IMG/VR virus record: IMGVR_UViG_3300032235_000792
DNA length: 64,000 nucleotides
Reading direction: 5' to 3' (one strand)
Origin: a virus
The position numbers were made by a program, and so were the translations under genes. The notes below the pieces were generated by a model that had not been told where the DNA came from, did not search any database, and saw nothing but the letters and a program-made list of their open reading frames with translations. Below are positions 8,995 to 18,818 of the stretch, one piece after another; the first letter of the stretch is position 1, and every line of letters starts with the position of its first letter.

Positions 8995-11900
8995 ATGAAC
9001 TATCTATGGATAGACGTAGAAACTACTGGTTTAAATGAAAAAAAGAATGACATTATTCAGTTAGCCTGCATACCAATAATTAATGGTGTTGTTAAGGAAT
9101 CATTTAACGAATTTTGTCAACCATTTAATTTTGACACTATTGAACCAGAAGCACTTAAGGTGCATGGTTTGACATTAGAAATGATAAGAACGTTTCAATC
9201 ACCTGATTTGATGTTTGAAAAGTTTATTAATTATATTAAGTCTTTTAACGTAAAATTTACTATTGCTGGTTTTAATGTTGGATTTGATAAGCGATTTTTA
9301 TCTGCTTCTTTTTCTAAAATAAACAAAAATCAAGACTTCTCAAAGCTATTTAATATAGATATTCACTGTGTTTATAAGAGAGCATCAGATGTAAAAAGCA
9401 AAATAGCATCTAAGTCTCTTAAGCTAGAAGCACTATCTAATCTTTACGGCATCGAGATAAACGCACACGATGCATTATCAGATATATCTGCAACAATAGA
9501 GGTTGACAAGATTATATCTGGGCTAATGGGAGAAGACACCACAGTCTATGTTCCACAACTAAGTGCTGAAGATGTTAAGATATGCGTGGGTTTCCCTGAA
9601 ATGGCACAACTTCATGTTCACTCTCAATATAATATGATAGATGGTGTTCTTAAGCCAGAAGAATGGTATGCTTGGGCAGCAGCAAATGGCGTCCCAGGTA
9701 TATCAATCGTTGATCAAGGCTCTGGTATTTCTTTGTTTAATTCTGTAAGAAATAAAGAAAAAACCGTAGCAGTGTCTGGTTTAGGTATTAATTTTGCATA
9801 CGATGAAGATGTTGATATGCACAACATTTTTTCTCTTAATGCTTGGGCAATATCTGATGAAGGATACAAGAATTTAGTCAGTCTTGCTTCAATTGGCTAC
9901 GATAATTCAAAAGAAATAAATGGAATTGTAACACCTGTACTTACTTTGTCTACTATAATTAGTAAAAGTCAAGGATTAGAATTTGGTTCTGCTGATTTAA
10001 AAGGGCCAATTGGCCAAGCTATAGTTGCTGGAGATAGAGATCTGGCTGAGTCAAGATTCTTAGATCTTAAGAGTAAGCTGAATATTATTCTAGAGTTTAA
10101 CCCTGTAGATATAATTAAGGTTTATGACGGTAAGGTTGGCTTCAGGAGTGCTCCTAAGAATAAACTAATTACTGAAGGAAACCTTAGCAAGGCATATAAT
10201 AAATTTCTGTTCGAGATGTATTCTGAGCATGGTTGCCGAGCTATTCCAGTAACTGGTGCGTGCTTTATAGATCCAGATGATAAGCTTGTTCAAGATTGTT
10301 TATCTAAGAACGCTCATAAAGACCAAGCTTACTACTACGAATCATATCATATAAAGAAAGCAAATCAGGTATTTAAAGAGCTTAAGGTGCATCTTGGCAA
10401 CGATCTTACTGAAGACATATTCAATCAATGGGTACTTAGAACGCTAGACATTGTAGATAAAGCCAAGTCTATAAATGCATCTTTTGATTACCATTTGCCC
10501 GCTATATTTGTGCCAGATCATATTAGGAAGAAGACAGATAACTACGATATGCAGACTTATTATGTAATGATGGAACGCATACATAAACATGGCAGGTGGA
10601 TAAATGATCCTATATATGTAGAGAGATTTAAAAAAGAGCTAGACGTCATAATGAAGAATGAAGTCATGAACTTCATACCGTACTTTTTGGTTTATGAGGA
10701 CGTTTCTCAGTTTTCTAGAGATGCTGGGTTCCTACAGTCTATCGGTCGTGGTTCTGCTGGCGGATGCTTGATATCTTATTATCTCCAGATCATTCATGTT
10801 GACCCAGTTAAGAGTGACCTTCCTTTTGAGCGATTTCTGTCACATGCCCGTATTCGTGCAGGATCTTGGCCAGATATTGATATGGATATTTCTAGAACAG
10901 CTAGACCTCACGTAATGAAGTATCTTAAAGACAAGTACGGACTAGGTTTTGCTCAGATTTCTACATTCTCTACAATGAAAACAAAGAACGCTATCAAAGA
11001 TGCTATGATGGCTATTTATGGTCGAAATCGTAAGGATTTTGAGATCGAGGCTGTTTGTAAGACTATCCCTGATTCACCTCAGGGTGTTGAAGAGAAAGAT
11101 TTTTTATATGGATACACTGATAAAGAAGGTGATGATCATGTTGGTCACTATGATGAGAATGAAATGCTTCGTAACTTCTTCTCGTCGTATCCTGATGTTA
11201 AAGATCTGGTAGATAAACTTCTTGGTGTAGTTCGTGGCTGGTCACGTCACGCCTCTGCTTTTGTAATATCTACACTAAATCTTCAAGACGGTCGCGTACC
11301 TACAATGCGAATGTATGACGGAGGTATGAATGACTATATTAACGTCACTCAATATAATGCAAAGATGGTTGAGAAAAGTAATCTTGTTAAGGCTGATATC
11401 TTAGGTCTTAACACTATGGCTATGGTTACAGATTGCGTTAATCTACTTAAAGACAGGGTCAACTATTTAGAGACTGACGATAAGGGTGTTGCCCTCATAT
11501 ATCGTCTACCTGAATTAGAAAGTGTTTATATAGATTTTTATAATAAGAAAACAGACTCTTCTTTTCAATTTAATACAAATACTGTTAAGAACGCTGCACC
11601 TCAGTTTATGCCAACAGAGAGATCGCATTTAAGCATCATGACAGCTCTGCTAAGACCTGGAGCGATGGATGCTCAGATCGAAGAGGGCGTGTCTGCTACT
11701 CAGTGGTACATGGATGTGAGAATGGGCAAGCGAGATCCTATCTACATTCACGAAGATCTAAGACCTATCTTAGAAGAAACATATGGGATAATGGTTTATC
11801 AAGAGCAGGTGATGAAAGTTCTAGTTGATATCTGTGGATATACACTAGAAGAAACCGATCGTATTCGAGATGCTATTTCTAAGAAAAAACAAGACGTAAT

Positions 11901-12975
11901 GATGGCCGCGTTTGATCGTATTCGTGAAGCTACTAAGAAAAAAGGGTGGAACAAGCACCAGTCTGATAATCTATGTAATACTATTCAAGCTTTCTCTAGA
12001 TATTCTTTCAATAGATCTCACTCACATTGTTATGCAGAGCTAGGATATATCACAATGTATCTCAAGCATAATCACCCTCTTGAATGGTGGACATCTGTGT
12101 TAAATAATGAAGATAAAGAGGATAAAATTAGAGGATTCATCTCTTTGCTAAATGATACAATTAAGCCACCATCTATGAAAAATGCTTCTGAACAATTTAA
12201 GGTTGAACAAGATCATATTGTGGCACCAATATCAGCGATCAAGGGTGTGGGTCCAGCGGCGGTTAAAGAGCTAGTCAGCAAGGGTCCTTTCATGGATTTA
12301 GAAGATTATATTAAAAGGGTTGATCACGGTAAAGTAAATAAAGGTGTTGTTGAAGCAATGATTAAAGCAAGAGCCGCTGACTCATTAATGAACAAAAGAT
12401 TACCATCATATGCAGACATGCGTTTGCAGTTTTTATCTGACTATAACTATCTTAGAGGTGGAAAAATTGCATGGAAGCCAGAGCTTAAAGACACTAACCC
12501 ACTTGCCATCTATTTCATGGAAAAAGAATCAAACAAGACTTTTAATAAGCACCTGCTGTCTGATCCAGATGTAAGAGCTTTTTTGAAAAACAAATGGCCA
12601 GCTCTTGTAGATACTGGAAAGAAGGGTGCACCATTTATCATGTATGATAATGATAATAATCCGATACCAATTATAAATAATATTAAAGTAGCAGAAGGAT
12701 TAGTGCTCAAAGATCACAAAAAAGAAGTCGGCATGATAATGCTATACGAAGGATCTTCTATTAAAAAAGGAATATCTAAGAAAAGTGGAAAAGAATACTG
12801 CATGCTCAATGTCGTTTTGTCTGACGGATACTCTAACATAGAGTGCATAGACTGGAATAAGACTAAGCCTCTTCGCTTTCCTGAAAATAGCGTTGTCTAC
12901 ATTAAGGGCACTCTAAAAGAGGGGTTCAGAGAATCCGTAAGTATAAATTTGAAAGAAATTGAAATAATAAAATAG
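8995..12975 (+). CDS. dnaE: DNA polymerase III alpha (DnaE) with N-terminal DEDDh 3'-5' exonuclease
   Basis: Exo: IDVETTG, FNVGFD, AHDALSDI; PHP: LHVHSQYN; Pol: GRGSAGG, LPFERFL, PDIDMD, KADILGL, YGIMVYQEQVM, YSFNRSH, IKGVG; C-terminal OB fold. Confidence 0.95.
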   Translation: MNYLWIDVETTGLNEKKNDIIQLACIPIINGVVKESFNEFCQPFNFDTIEPEALKVHGLTLEMIRTFQSPDLMFEKFINYIKSFNVKFTIAGFNVGFDKRFLSASFSKINKNQDFSKLFNIDIHCVYKRASDVKSKIASKSLKLEALSNLYGIEINAHDALSDISATIEVDKIISGLMGEDTTVYVPQLSAEDVKICVGFPEMAQLHVHSQYNMIDGVLKPEEWYAWAAANGVPGISIVDQGSGISLFNSVRNKEKTVAVSGLGINFAYDEDVDMHNIFSLNAWAISDEGYKNLVSLASIGYDNSKEINGIVTPVLTLSTIISKSQGLEFGSADLKGPIGQAIVAGDRDLAESRFLDLKSKLNIILEFNPVDIIKVYDGKVGFRSAPKNKLITEGNLSKAYNKFLFEMYSEHGCRAIPVTGACFIDPDDKLVQDCLSKNAHKDQAYYYESYHIKKANQVFKELKVHLGNDLTEDIFNQWVLRTLDIVDKAKSINASFDYHLPAIFVPDHIRKKTDNYDMQTYYVMMERIHKHGRWINDPIYVERFKKELDVIMKNEVMNFIPYFLVYEDVSQFSRDAGFLQSIGRGSAGGCLISYYLQIIHVDPVKSDLPFERFLSHARIRAGSWPDIDMDISRTARPHVMKYLKDKYGLGFAQISTFSTMKTKNAIKDAMMAIYGRNRKDFEIEAVCKTIPDSPQGVEEKDFLYGYTDKEGDDHVGHYDENEMLRNFFSSYPDVKDLVDKLLGVVRGWSRHASAFVISTLNLQDGRVPTMRMYDGGMNDYINVTQYNAKMVEKSNLVKADILGLNTMAMVTDCVNLLKDRVNYLETDDKGVALIYRLPELESVYIDFYNKKTDSSFQFNTNTVKNAAPQFMPTERSHLSIMTALLRPGAMDAQIEEGVSATQWYMDVRMGKRDPIYIHEDLRPILEETYGIMVYQEQVMKVLVDICGYTLEETDRIRDAISKKKQDVMMAAFDRIREATKKKGWNKHQSDNLCNTIQAFSRYSFNRSHSHCYAELGYITMYLKHNHPLEWWTSVLNNEDKEDKIRGFISLLNDTIKPPSMKNASEQFKVEQDHIVAPISAIKGVGPAAVKELVSKGPFMDLEDYIKRVDHGKVNKGVVEAMIKARAADSLMNKRLPSYADMRLQFLSDYNYLRGGKIAWKPELKDTNPLAIYFMEKESNKTFNKHLLSDPDVRAFLKNKWPALVDTGKKGAPFIMYDNDNNPIPIINNIKVAEGLVLKDHKKEVGMIMLYEGSSIKKGISKKSGKEYCMLNVVLSDGYSNIECIDWNKTKPLRFPENSVVYIKGTLKEGFRESVSINLKEIEIIK

Positions 12976-12983
12976 GAGAAATA

Positions 12984-13448
12984 ATGCATTATATTATTGT
13001 ATCTAGCGCACCAGAAAAATTAAGCTCAAATGAAATGGTGATTCACAAGCCCAACTTCTTAGAGGAAGTGAAATCAACAAGGGGACGAAGAGGTGTTAAT
13101 CGCGTTACCTCAATCAGTTCAATTAGAGATATTCTTTCTCTATTAGCTGAAAAATACGACCAGACGCTAAATCCGTATCACCTAATTCTTCAAAAATATG
13201 ACAATCTACCATACTCGACTGACGAAGATTTTTCTAATATTTTATTAAGAATTATCAAGGACAACGGATTAAAACTAATTGATAAAGCAGTAGAACAAAA
13301 AATTAAAACTAGAAAACCTACCGTAGATACTATCTACTACGTTAGTGATTCTGTGGACGGCACTTCTGCACTTATAGGTCTTGGATTTCACATGAAAGAT
13401 TCTAAGAATTCTAAAAAGATTAGCTCTAATAAAGATTCTGTGGTATAA
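12984..13448 (+). CDS. Hypothetical protein
   Basis: AGGAG SD, 154 aa. Confidence 0.75.
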   Translation: MHYIIVSSAPEKLSSNEMVIHKPNFLEEVKSTRGRRGVNRVTSISSIRDILSLLAEKYDQTLNPYHLILQKYDNLPYSTDEDFSNILLRIIKDNGLKLIDKAVEQKIKTRKPTVDTIYYVSDSVDGTSALIGLGFHMKDSKNSKKISSNKDSVV

Positions 13449-13460
13449 TATAATTATGCC
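13441..13460 (+). promoter_or_regulatory. TGGTATAAT promoter (overlaps TAA stop) with adjacent complementary ATTATGCC
   Basis: GGTATAAT-ATA-ATTATGCC. Confidence 0.6.
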
Positions 13461-13510
13461 GATTTTGGCAGTTAATAAAACTATGGCAATTATGCTAGTA
13501 AGGAGAATTT

Positions 13511-14479
13511 ATGTCGTCAATCAAGATTAATCTTGACTCACTCAACCCCAAGTCATTCAAAAAGACAGTAAGACACAAGGTGCAAGATGGTAGCAACATT
13601 TTTAGGTTCTTGCCTCCATTCGGCAAAGAATCAGATGGATACCCGTATCGTAAGTGGAATGTCGTTTGGGGACTCATTGATCCAAACTCTGGGCGTGCGC
13701 GTCCATTTGCATCTTCATCTACATACGAAGGTAGATGTCCAATCTACGATTATCTAGATTTGCTTAAGACAAAAGTTGCAACAATGACTAATCCAGCAGA
13801 TGAGGCTAAGGTTGAAGCGCTTAACAAATTTATATCTGACCTTCGCCCTAAAACAGCATACGCTTATAATGCGTCAGATAAATCTGGCCAAATTGGCGTG
13901 TTGGAACTTAAGGCTACTGCACATAAAAAAGTAATATCTTTGATGGATAAATATATTAAAGACTACAATCAAGATCCTACATCTCTAAATTCAGAACCTA
14001 CAGATTCTGGTGTATGGTTTAATATTAGTAAAGTTGGCAAAGGATTCGATACATCATACGATGCTTCAAAAAATCAAATCATGGCAAAAGACGCGTCAGG
14101 TGTTCCTGTTTATAAAGACGATCGCTCGCCTCTTGCCGACAGCATTGTTCATAACTTTGACTCGTTGGGATACGACCTGAATAATCTTTATCAAAAACTA
14201 ACTTATGAAGAGTTAAAAGATATTCTTGTTGCAAATTTAGTAAATGCAGCTCAGAATATACCGGAACTACTTGTTCCAGGATTCGGTTTGGACGAGAGCG
14301 GGGCTTCTGAAGAAGCACATGTCACAATTACTACAACTACTGCGGTAAATAAGCCAGCAGTGTCTAGTGTAGCAAAACCTCAAGGTACAGGTGCTAAGAT
14401 TAATCTAGGTAAAGCTGAAGATGTTGGAGATGATACTGACGATATTCTAGCAATGGCAGACGATCTCTTTAATTCTTAA
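13511..14479 (+). CDS. Single-stranded DNA-binding protein, T4 gp32-like
   Basis: NIFRFLPP, CPI, G.GFDTSY motifs; acidic C-terminal tail (DDTDDILAMADDLFNS); position before UvsY/RecA. Confidence 0.8.
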   Translation: MSSIKINLDSLNPKSFKKTVRHKVQDGSNIFRFLPPFGKESDGYPYRKWNVVWGLIDPNSGRARPFASSSTYEGRCPIYDYLDLLKTKVATMTNPADEAKVEALNKFISDLRPKTAYAYNASDKSGQIGVLELKATAHKKVISLMDKYIKDYNQDPTSLNSEPTDSGVWFNISKVGKGFDTSYDASKNQIMAKDASGVPVYKDDRSPLADSIVHNFDSLGYDLNNLYQKLTYEELKDILVANLVNAAQNIPELLVPGFGLDESGASEEAHVTITTTTAVNKPAVSSVAKPQGTGAKINLGKAEDVGDDTDDILAMADDLFNS

Positions 14480-14488
14480 GGAGTAGAC

Positions 14489-14935
14489 ATGTCTAACGAA
14501 TTACAGACTATAGATGTCACAAAATTAGCTGAATATACTAAGAAAATCTCAGAAATAGGGAGCCTCAATAAAATGATGGCTCCTAACTATCTTAGAGACT
14601 TTATTAATGCGATGGACATGACCAGTTCTATGTTATCAAAGGCTGTAAAAGCAAATCTTGACTCTAAAACAGAACTTGACAAAATAAGAGCTATTGCTTA
14701 CTTAGATAAAGCAGAAGATTATTGTAATGCAAAAGGTATAAAAATGTCAAATGGCGTACGCGAAGCATACGTTGATCTTGATGAAGATGTCGTAAGGGCA
14801 AAAGATAAATTTGCAGCTACAGAGGCTATGGTTATGTTTCTAAAGAATAAGTATCAGGCTTTTAGATGTGCACATGACGACGTAAAGAAAATATCATTTA
14901 ACGAAGTGCAGGGAACTGCATTTGAAGGCTTTTAA
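14489..14935 (+). CDS. Recombination mediator, UvsY-like
   Basis: Helical 148-aa protein with REAYVDLDEDVV motif; between SSB and RecA. Confidence 0.6.
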   Translation: MSNELQTIDVTKLAEYTKKISEIGSLNKMMAPNYLRDFINAMDMTSSMLSKAVKANLDSKTELDKIRAIAYLDKAEDYCNAKGIKMSNGVREAYVDLDEDVVRAKDKFAATEAMVMFLKNKYQAFRCAHDDVKKISFNEVQGTAFEGF

Positions 14936-14945
14936 CGGAGGAAGT

Positions 14946-15206
14946 ATGAAAGTAAAATTTACAAGTACAAGTATCAATGACAAAGTTCAAACTGTATCTA
15001 CGAGCCAATTTGGCGATCGTGAATTCAGTTATGGTGAACGTTATCGTGTCTATTTTAGCAATGGCACCTCTGCTATCGCTTATGTAAATAGACAAAGTGC
15101 AAGCAGCCTCTCAATTGCTAATGAAGATCTCCCTAAAGGACTTCGCCTAGCTAAAGTAGGAAATCCTGTTGTTCGCACAATCAAATCACTTAAGAAAATT
15201 AAGTAA
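14946..15206 (+). CDS. Hypothetical protein
   Basis: GGAGG SD before ATG 14946. Confidence 0.7.
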   Translation: MKVKFTSTSINDKVQTVSTSQFGDREFSYGERYRVYFSNGTSAIAYVNRQSASSLSIANEDLPKGLRLAKVGNPVVRTIKSLKKIK

Positions 15207-15217
15207 GGAGTTTCTCC

Positions 15218-16324
15218 ATGTCATCTGTTAATAAATGGATGAAAAAGTTAGAAGGTGACTTTGCAAAAGTTGCCTCTGATATGGAAAAACCTTCTGATAA
15301 AGTTATCGCACTTGCCTCGCCCAGTTTTAACTGGGCGGTTGGCAACGGCGGAATTACGGAAGGTAAAGCCGTGTGCTTTTTCGGCCCAGAATCTTCTGGT
15401 AAATCGTTGCTTTCTCAACTTGCAATGATTGAGCTTCAAAAGAAGTACCCAGAATCTATCCAGATCTTGATTGACGCTGAGTTTAGCTTTAATCCCATCT
15501 GGTTTCAAAAGTTGGGTGGTGATCTCGACAGACTGCTCGTAAAACAAACTAACGATCCGCTACAGATCTTTGATTGGTTAGAAAAAGATGTTCTCGAAAT
15601 GTTACAAGAAGGCGCTCCAATTAACGGCCTAATGATCGATTCGGTCAAGTCAATTCGCTACCCTGGCGATATCAAAGCAAAGACTACTGACGTTTCTATG
15701 GGTGGTTCTGGTGCTAAGTATCTAGGTGCTGCGTTAAAAGGACTTCTTCCCATCATTAGGACATACAACATCACAACACTATTGATTCAGCAGGTCTATG
15801 AAGAAATGGATCAATACAAGAAGATGAACAATCCTTGGATTATCCCAGATGGTCGAGCTCTTAAGCACTTCTGTGACTACATGCTTCAGGTTGAACGTGT
15901 AGATACTAAAGCTGGTCGTGTCGAAGAAGGTAGCACTATCGCAGGTGGGGCACTTCAAGTAGGTCACAAAGTAAGGGTTAAAGGTAAAAAGAATCGTGTT
16001 GGTGCACCTTACCGTGTTGCGGAATTTACTCTAAGATACGATTCTGGAATTGTCGGCACTGAGGAGGAGATCTATGAATTGGGGAAATCTCTTGGCGTTA
16101 TTTATCACCCTATCTCTCAAGATTCTGGTAAGGCTAATAACATGATGTGGGCGTTTGGAAACTATCCTCATGTGAAAGGCGAAACCAATATGAAATTCTT
16201 TGTAACTTCAAATAAGCAAATTCTAGATGAAGTCTATAAGGCATGTCTACTTGCTGATGACAATGCTCTAGAGTCTAGAAATAAAGAGCTTCAAGTTTCA
16301 AATGTTGACTTGACGGATATCTAG
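15218..16324 (+). CDS. recA: RecA/UvsX-like recombinase
   Basis: GPESSGKS Walker A, IDAE, MIDSV Walker B, DGRALKHF, KKNRVGAPYR. Confidence 0.92.
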   Translation: MSSVNKWMKKLEGDFAKVASDMEKPSDKVIALASPSFNWAVGNGGITEGKAVCFFGPESSGKSLLSQLAMIELQKKYPESIQILIDAEFSFNPIWFQKLGGDLDRLLVKQTNDPLQIFDWLEKDVLEMLQEGAPINGLMIDSVKSIRYPGDIKAKTTDVSMGGSGAKYLGAALKGLLPIIRTYNITTLLIQQVYEEMDQYKKMNNPWIIPDGRALKHFCDYMLQVERVDTKAGRVEEGSTIAGGALQVGHKVRVKGKKNRVGAPYRVAEFTLRYDSGIVGTEEEIYELGKSLGVIYHPISQDSGKANNMMWAFGNYPHVKGETNMKFFVTSNKQILDEVYKACLLADDNALESRNKELQVSNVDLTDI

Positions 16325-16638
16325 TGATAGGCATAGAAGATATTGAATGTATGCTACAGATTGAAATCGAATTCGGGCACTCAGTGCCCGAATTTGCTTT
16401 CGTCAATCCAGCAATTATTCATAACATATTCGAAAAAGGTATATCAGCGGGCTATGCCCCTAACCCTCACTACGGCTTTAGTGGATTTGCTCTATGGACT
16501 AGGATCGGCAGACTAGAACTAGTGCCGTGTCCGTACTTCTCAGATAGCGAAGTTGTATTTTCGTGTAGTAGAAATATGATATTAAATGTATTCAATAAAC
16601 TAGGCTTAGAATATGGCAAAAATTCTGTTCATAGGTGA
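16324..16638 (+). CDS. Hypothetical protein
   Basis: TAGTG coupled start; fills gap between recA and the nuclease gene. Confidence 0.6.
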   Translation: MIGIEDIECMLQIEIEFGHSVPEFAFVNPAIIHNIFEKGISAGYAPNPHYGFSGFALWTRIGRLELVPCPYFSDSEVVFSCSRNMILNVFNKLGLEYGKNSVHR

Positions 16639-17617
16639 TCCTCATCTTAGGATAAACGACTTTGAGCAATCCGTTGCGCTATTGCGATGGATTGAATCTA
16701 TCGCGATAGAACACAAGCCAGACATAGTTTGTAATCTTGGAGACACATTTCATAATCACGCAGTGCTTAGATCTGAGATTATGAAAGAATTTAAAGACCA
16801 TATTGATAATATTGTTAGTAATGATATTACATACTGGTATGTGTTAGGTAATCACGATCAATATAAACCAAAAGATAACAAGTATCACGCACTTCAATCG
16901 TTTGTTCAGCATGAACGATTTGTGATATTCGATAAACCTAGAACAGATATATTAGATATAACAATCGTACCTTATGTTCAGAATTTTGCAGATTTTCCAC
17001 TAGACACCAATAAAATCTGCATAACTCACAATACGTTTATTGGAGCAGATTATGGATTTAGACGTGAAGACTGCGGTATCGACGCTGACAAAGTTTCTGC
17101 AGACATTATCGTATCTGGACATATACACAAAAGGCAGACATTCGGAAAAGTCGTCTATCCCGGAACGCCGGTTGCACATAACGCCACGGATGTGGATGAG
17201 ATTAAGGGATTATTGCTTTTCGACACTGAGACACTTGGGCAATTATTCATACAAGCCCCTTTTCCAGCGTGGAGAAGCCTCGAATTCCAACTTGGACAAC
17301 AGCTCTCAGTAGACGAAATGCACACAAAGATTTCGTCCTCTGTTGATAATACTAATAAGTGGATAGTTAAAATATCTGGGCCAAAAACTGAATTATTAAG
17401 TTATTTTAAGTCTAAAAAATACAACGAGCTTGTTTCTAAAAACAATATAGTAATAAAATCAAACATGATTGACTCTACTAAACAAAGTAGAGTAAAGATA
17501 GAAGCGTCATCGCCTAATTCTATAGTTTCTGATTATGTTAATAAAGTATATAGCGGCAGTATAGATAAGCAGTTGATAATACAAAAAGCACAAGAAATAA
17601 TCAATAACTTACACTGA
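16613..17617 (+). CDS. SbcD/Mre11-like nuclease (T4 gp47-like)
   Basis: GDPH, LGDTFH, GNHD, TH, SGHIH, YPGTP metallophosphoesterase motifs. Confidence 0.9.
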   Translation: MAKILFIGDPHLRINDFEQSVALLRWIESIAIEHKPDIVCNLGDTFHNHAVLRSEIMKEFKDHIDNIVSNDITYWYVLGNHDQYKPKDNKYHALQSFVQHERFVIFDKPRTDILDITIVPYVQNFADFPLDTNKICITHNTFIGADYGFRREDCGIDADKVSADIIVSGHIHKRQTFGKVVYPGTPVAHNATDVDEIKGLLLFDTETLGQLFIQAPFPAWRSLEFQLGQQLSVDEMHTKISSSVDNTNKWIVKISGPKTELLSYFKSKKYNELVSKNNIVIKSNMIDSTKQSRVKIEASSPNSIVSDYVNKVYSGSIDKQLIIQKAQEIINNLH

Positions 17618-17620
17618 TCT

Positions 17621-17629
17621 TGGTATAAT
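17621..17629 (+). promoter_or_regulatory. TGGTATAAT promoter of the packaging operon
   Basis: Intergenic, 18 nt before ATG 17648, SD AGGAG. Confidence 0.65.
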
Positions 17630-17647
17630 GTTAATATAGGAGTCTAA

Positions 17648-18091
17648 ATGGTTAATTATATTGATCATCACCAATGGTTAGTTAATAACAATATGTTAAC
17701 TGATCAAATTAAGGATAACATCGCTATGGGCGGGTATTGCTTAGTTGAGGGTGTTAAAGATGTTGGCACGTCAATAGATTTCAATGATAAGTTGGTGCAC
17801 TACAAGATAATAGTACCAGATAATCTTTATAATAACTTAATGTTGCTTAAAAAGTTTAATAGTGGTGAAAGTTTAGGGTTTTTTGAATCTATTAGATTAA
17901 AAAAATTTTTAAAGATAAAGAAAGAGAACGACGAAAGTGGACTAGGTTATAACCTAGAAAATATTGGTAATAAGTTTGTTAAAACTTACCTAAACAAAGA
18001 ATGGTCCGTTAAAGTAGACCTAATTAAAGAAAGTAGTAATGAAGCAAAAAATTTTTGGCTACATAGCGATACAGATAAATCACTTGACTGA
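17648..18091 (+). CDS. Hypothetical protein
   Basis: Own promoter and SD; 147 aa. Confidence 0.75.
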   Translation: MVNYIDHHQWLVNNNMLTDQIKDNIAMGGYCLVEGVKDVGTSIDFNDKLVHYKIIVPDNLYNNLMLLKKFNSGESLGFFESIRLKKFLKIKKENDESGLGYNLENIGNKFVKTYLNKEWSVKVDLIKESSNEAKNFWLHSDTDKSLD

Positions 18092-18224
18092 TGACGAAGA
18101 TTTAAGACAAGATCTTTGGGTGCTCTTCTTGGAAGGTAAGGCCACTTTTTCTTTTAAAGATTATATAGATACTAAATATGATAAGTGTTTGGAGTTAGAG
18201 GATGGCACTAAAGAGAGATTTTAA
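18039..18224 (+). CDS. Small hypothetical protein with sigma region 2.2-like segment
   Basis: DDEDLRQDLWVLFLEG; overlaps both neighbours. Confidence 0.45.
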   Translation: MKQKIFGYIAIQINHLTDDEDLRQDLWVLFLEGKATFSFKDYIDTKYDKCLELEDGTKERF

Positions 18225-18813
18225 TGATGAAGAAAAGATTGGACTAACTCAAAGAGAAATCGAGTTGGGTGAAAAGTATCTTCGCAAGCATAAAACTGCT
18301 GGTGCAATAGGCGATGTACAGTCTCTTAAACTATACGAGATGTTTTTAATAGGTAGCTCTCTTCACGAAATACAACAACAGTTCCCAGAATATGAAATAG
18401 GTCAAATAGTTCTAACAGCTGCATTAAAAAAATGGGGCATGGATAGAGATAAGATGCAAGGCACTCTTAGAGATCGAGTACGGGCCAAAGTTGTTAAATC
18501 TGTTATTGAACAAGTAGACTTTCTAACATCAATGCTTAGTGTTGCAAATGTCGAGCATGTAGATGAGATGCGGAAGTACATAATTGACCCTAACAATCCA
18601 AAACCAAACCTAAGAATAAAGTCTATAAAAGACTATAAAGAAGTTGCTGAAGTTTTAGGCAAGATAGTTCAGGGTGCAACTCCTGGTGCTAAAAGCAACA
18701 GCATATCGCCTATGTTCGATGCACTTGCTCCTAACACCGGAAAGAGTGTTGAGAAGAAAAGAGACGATGATGACATAGATCTTGATTCTTTGCTAGACAA
18801 GGGTGAAGAATAA
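18202..18813 (+). CDS. Putative terminase small subunit
   Basis: Directly upstream of TerL; HTH-like segment then helical oligomerisation-like region. Confidence 0.55.
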   Translation: MALKRDFNDEEKIGLTQREIELGEKYLRKHKTAGAIGDVQSLKLYEMFLIGSSLHEIQQQFPEYEIGQIVLTAALKKWGMDRDKMQGTLRDRVRAKVVKSVIEQVDFLTSMLSVANVEHVDEMRKYIIDPNNPKPNLRIKSIKDYKEVAEVLGKIVQGATPGAKSNSISPMFDALAPNTGKSVEKKRDDDDIDLDSLLDKGEE

Positions 18814-18818
18814 CGTAC

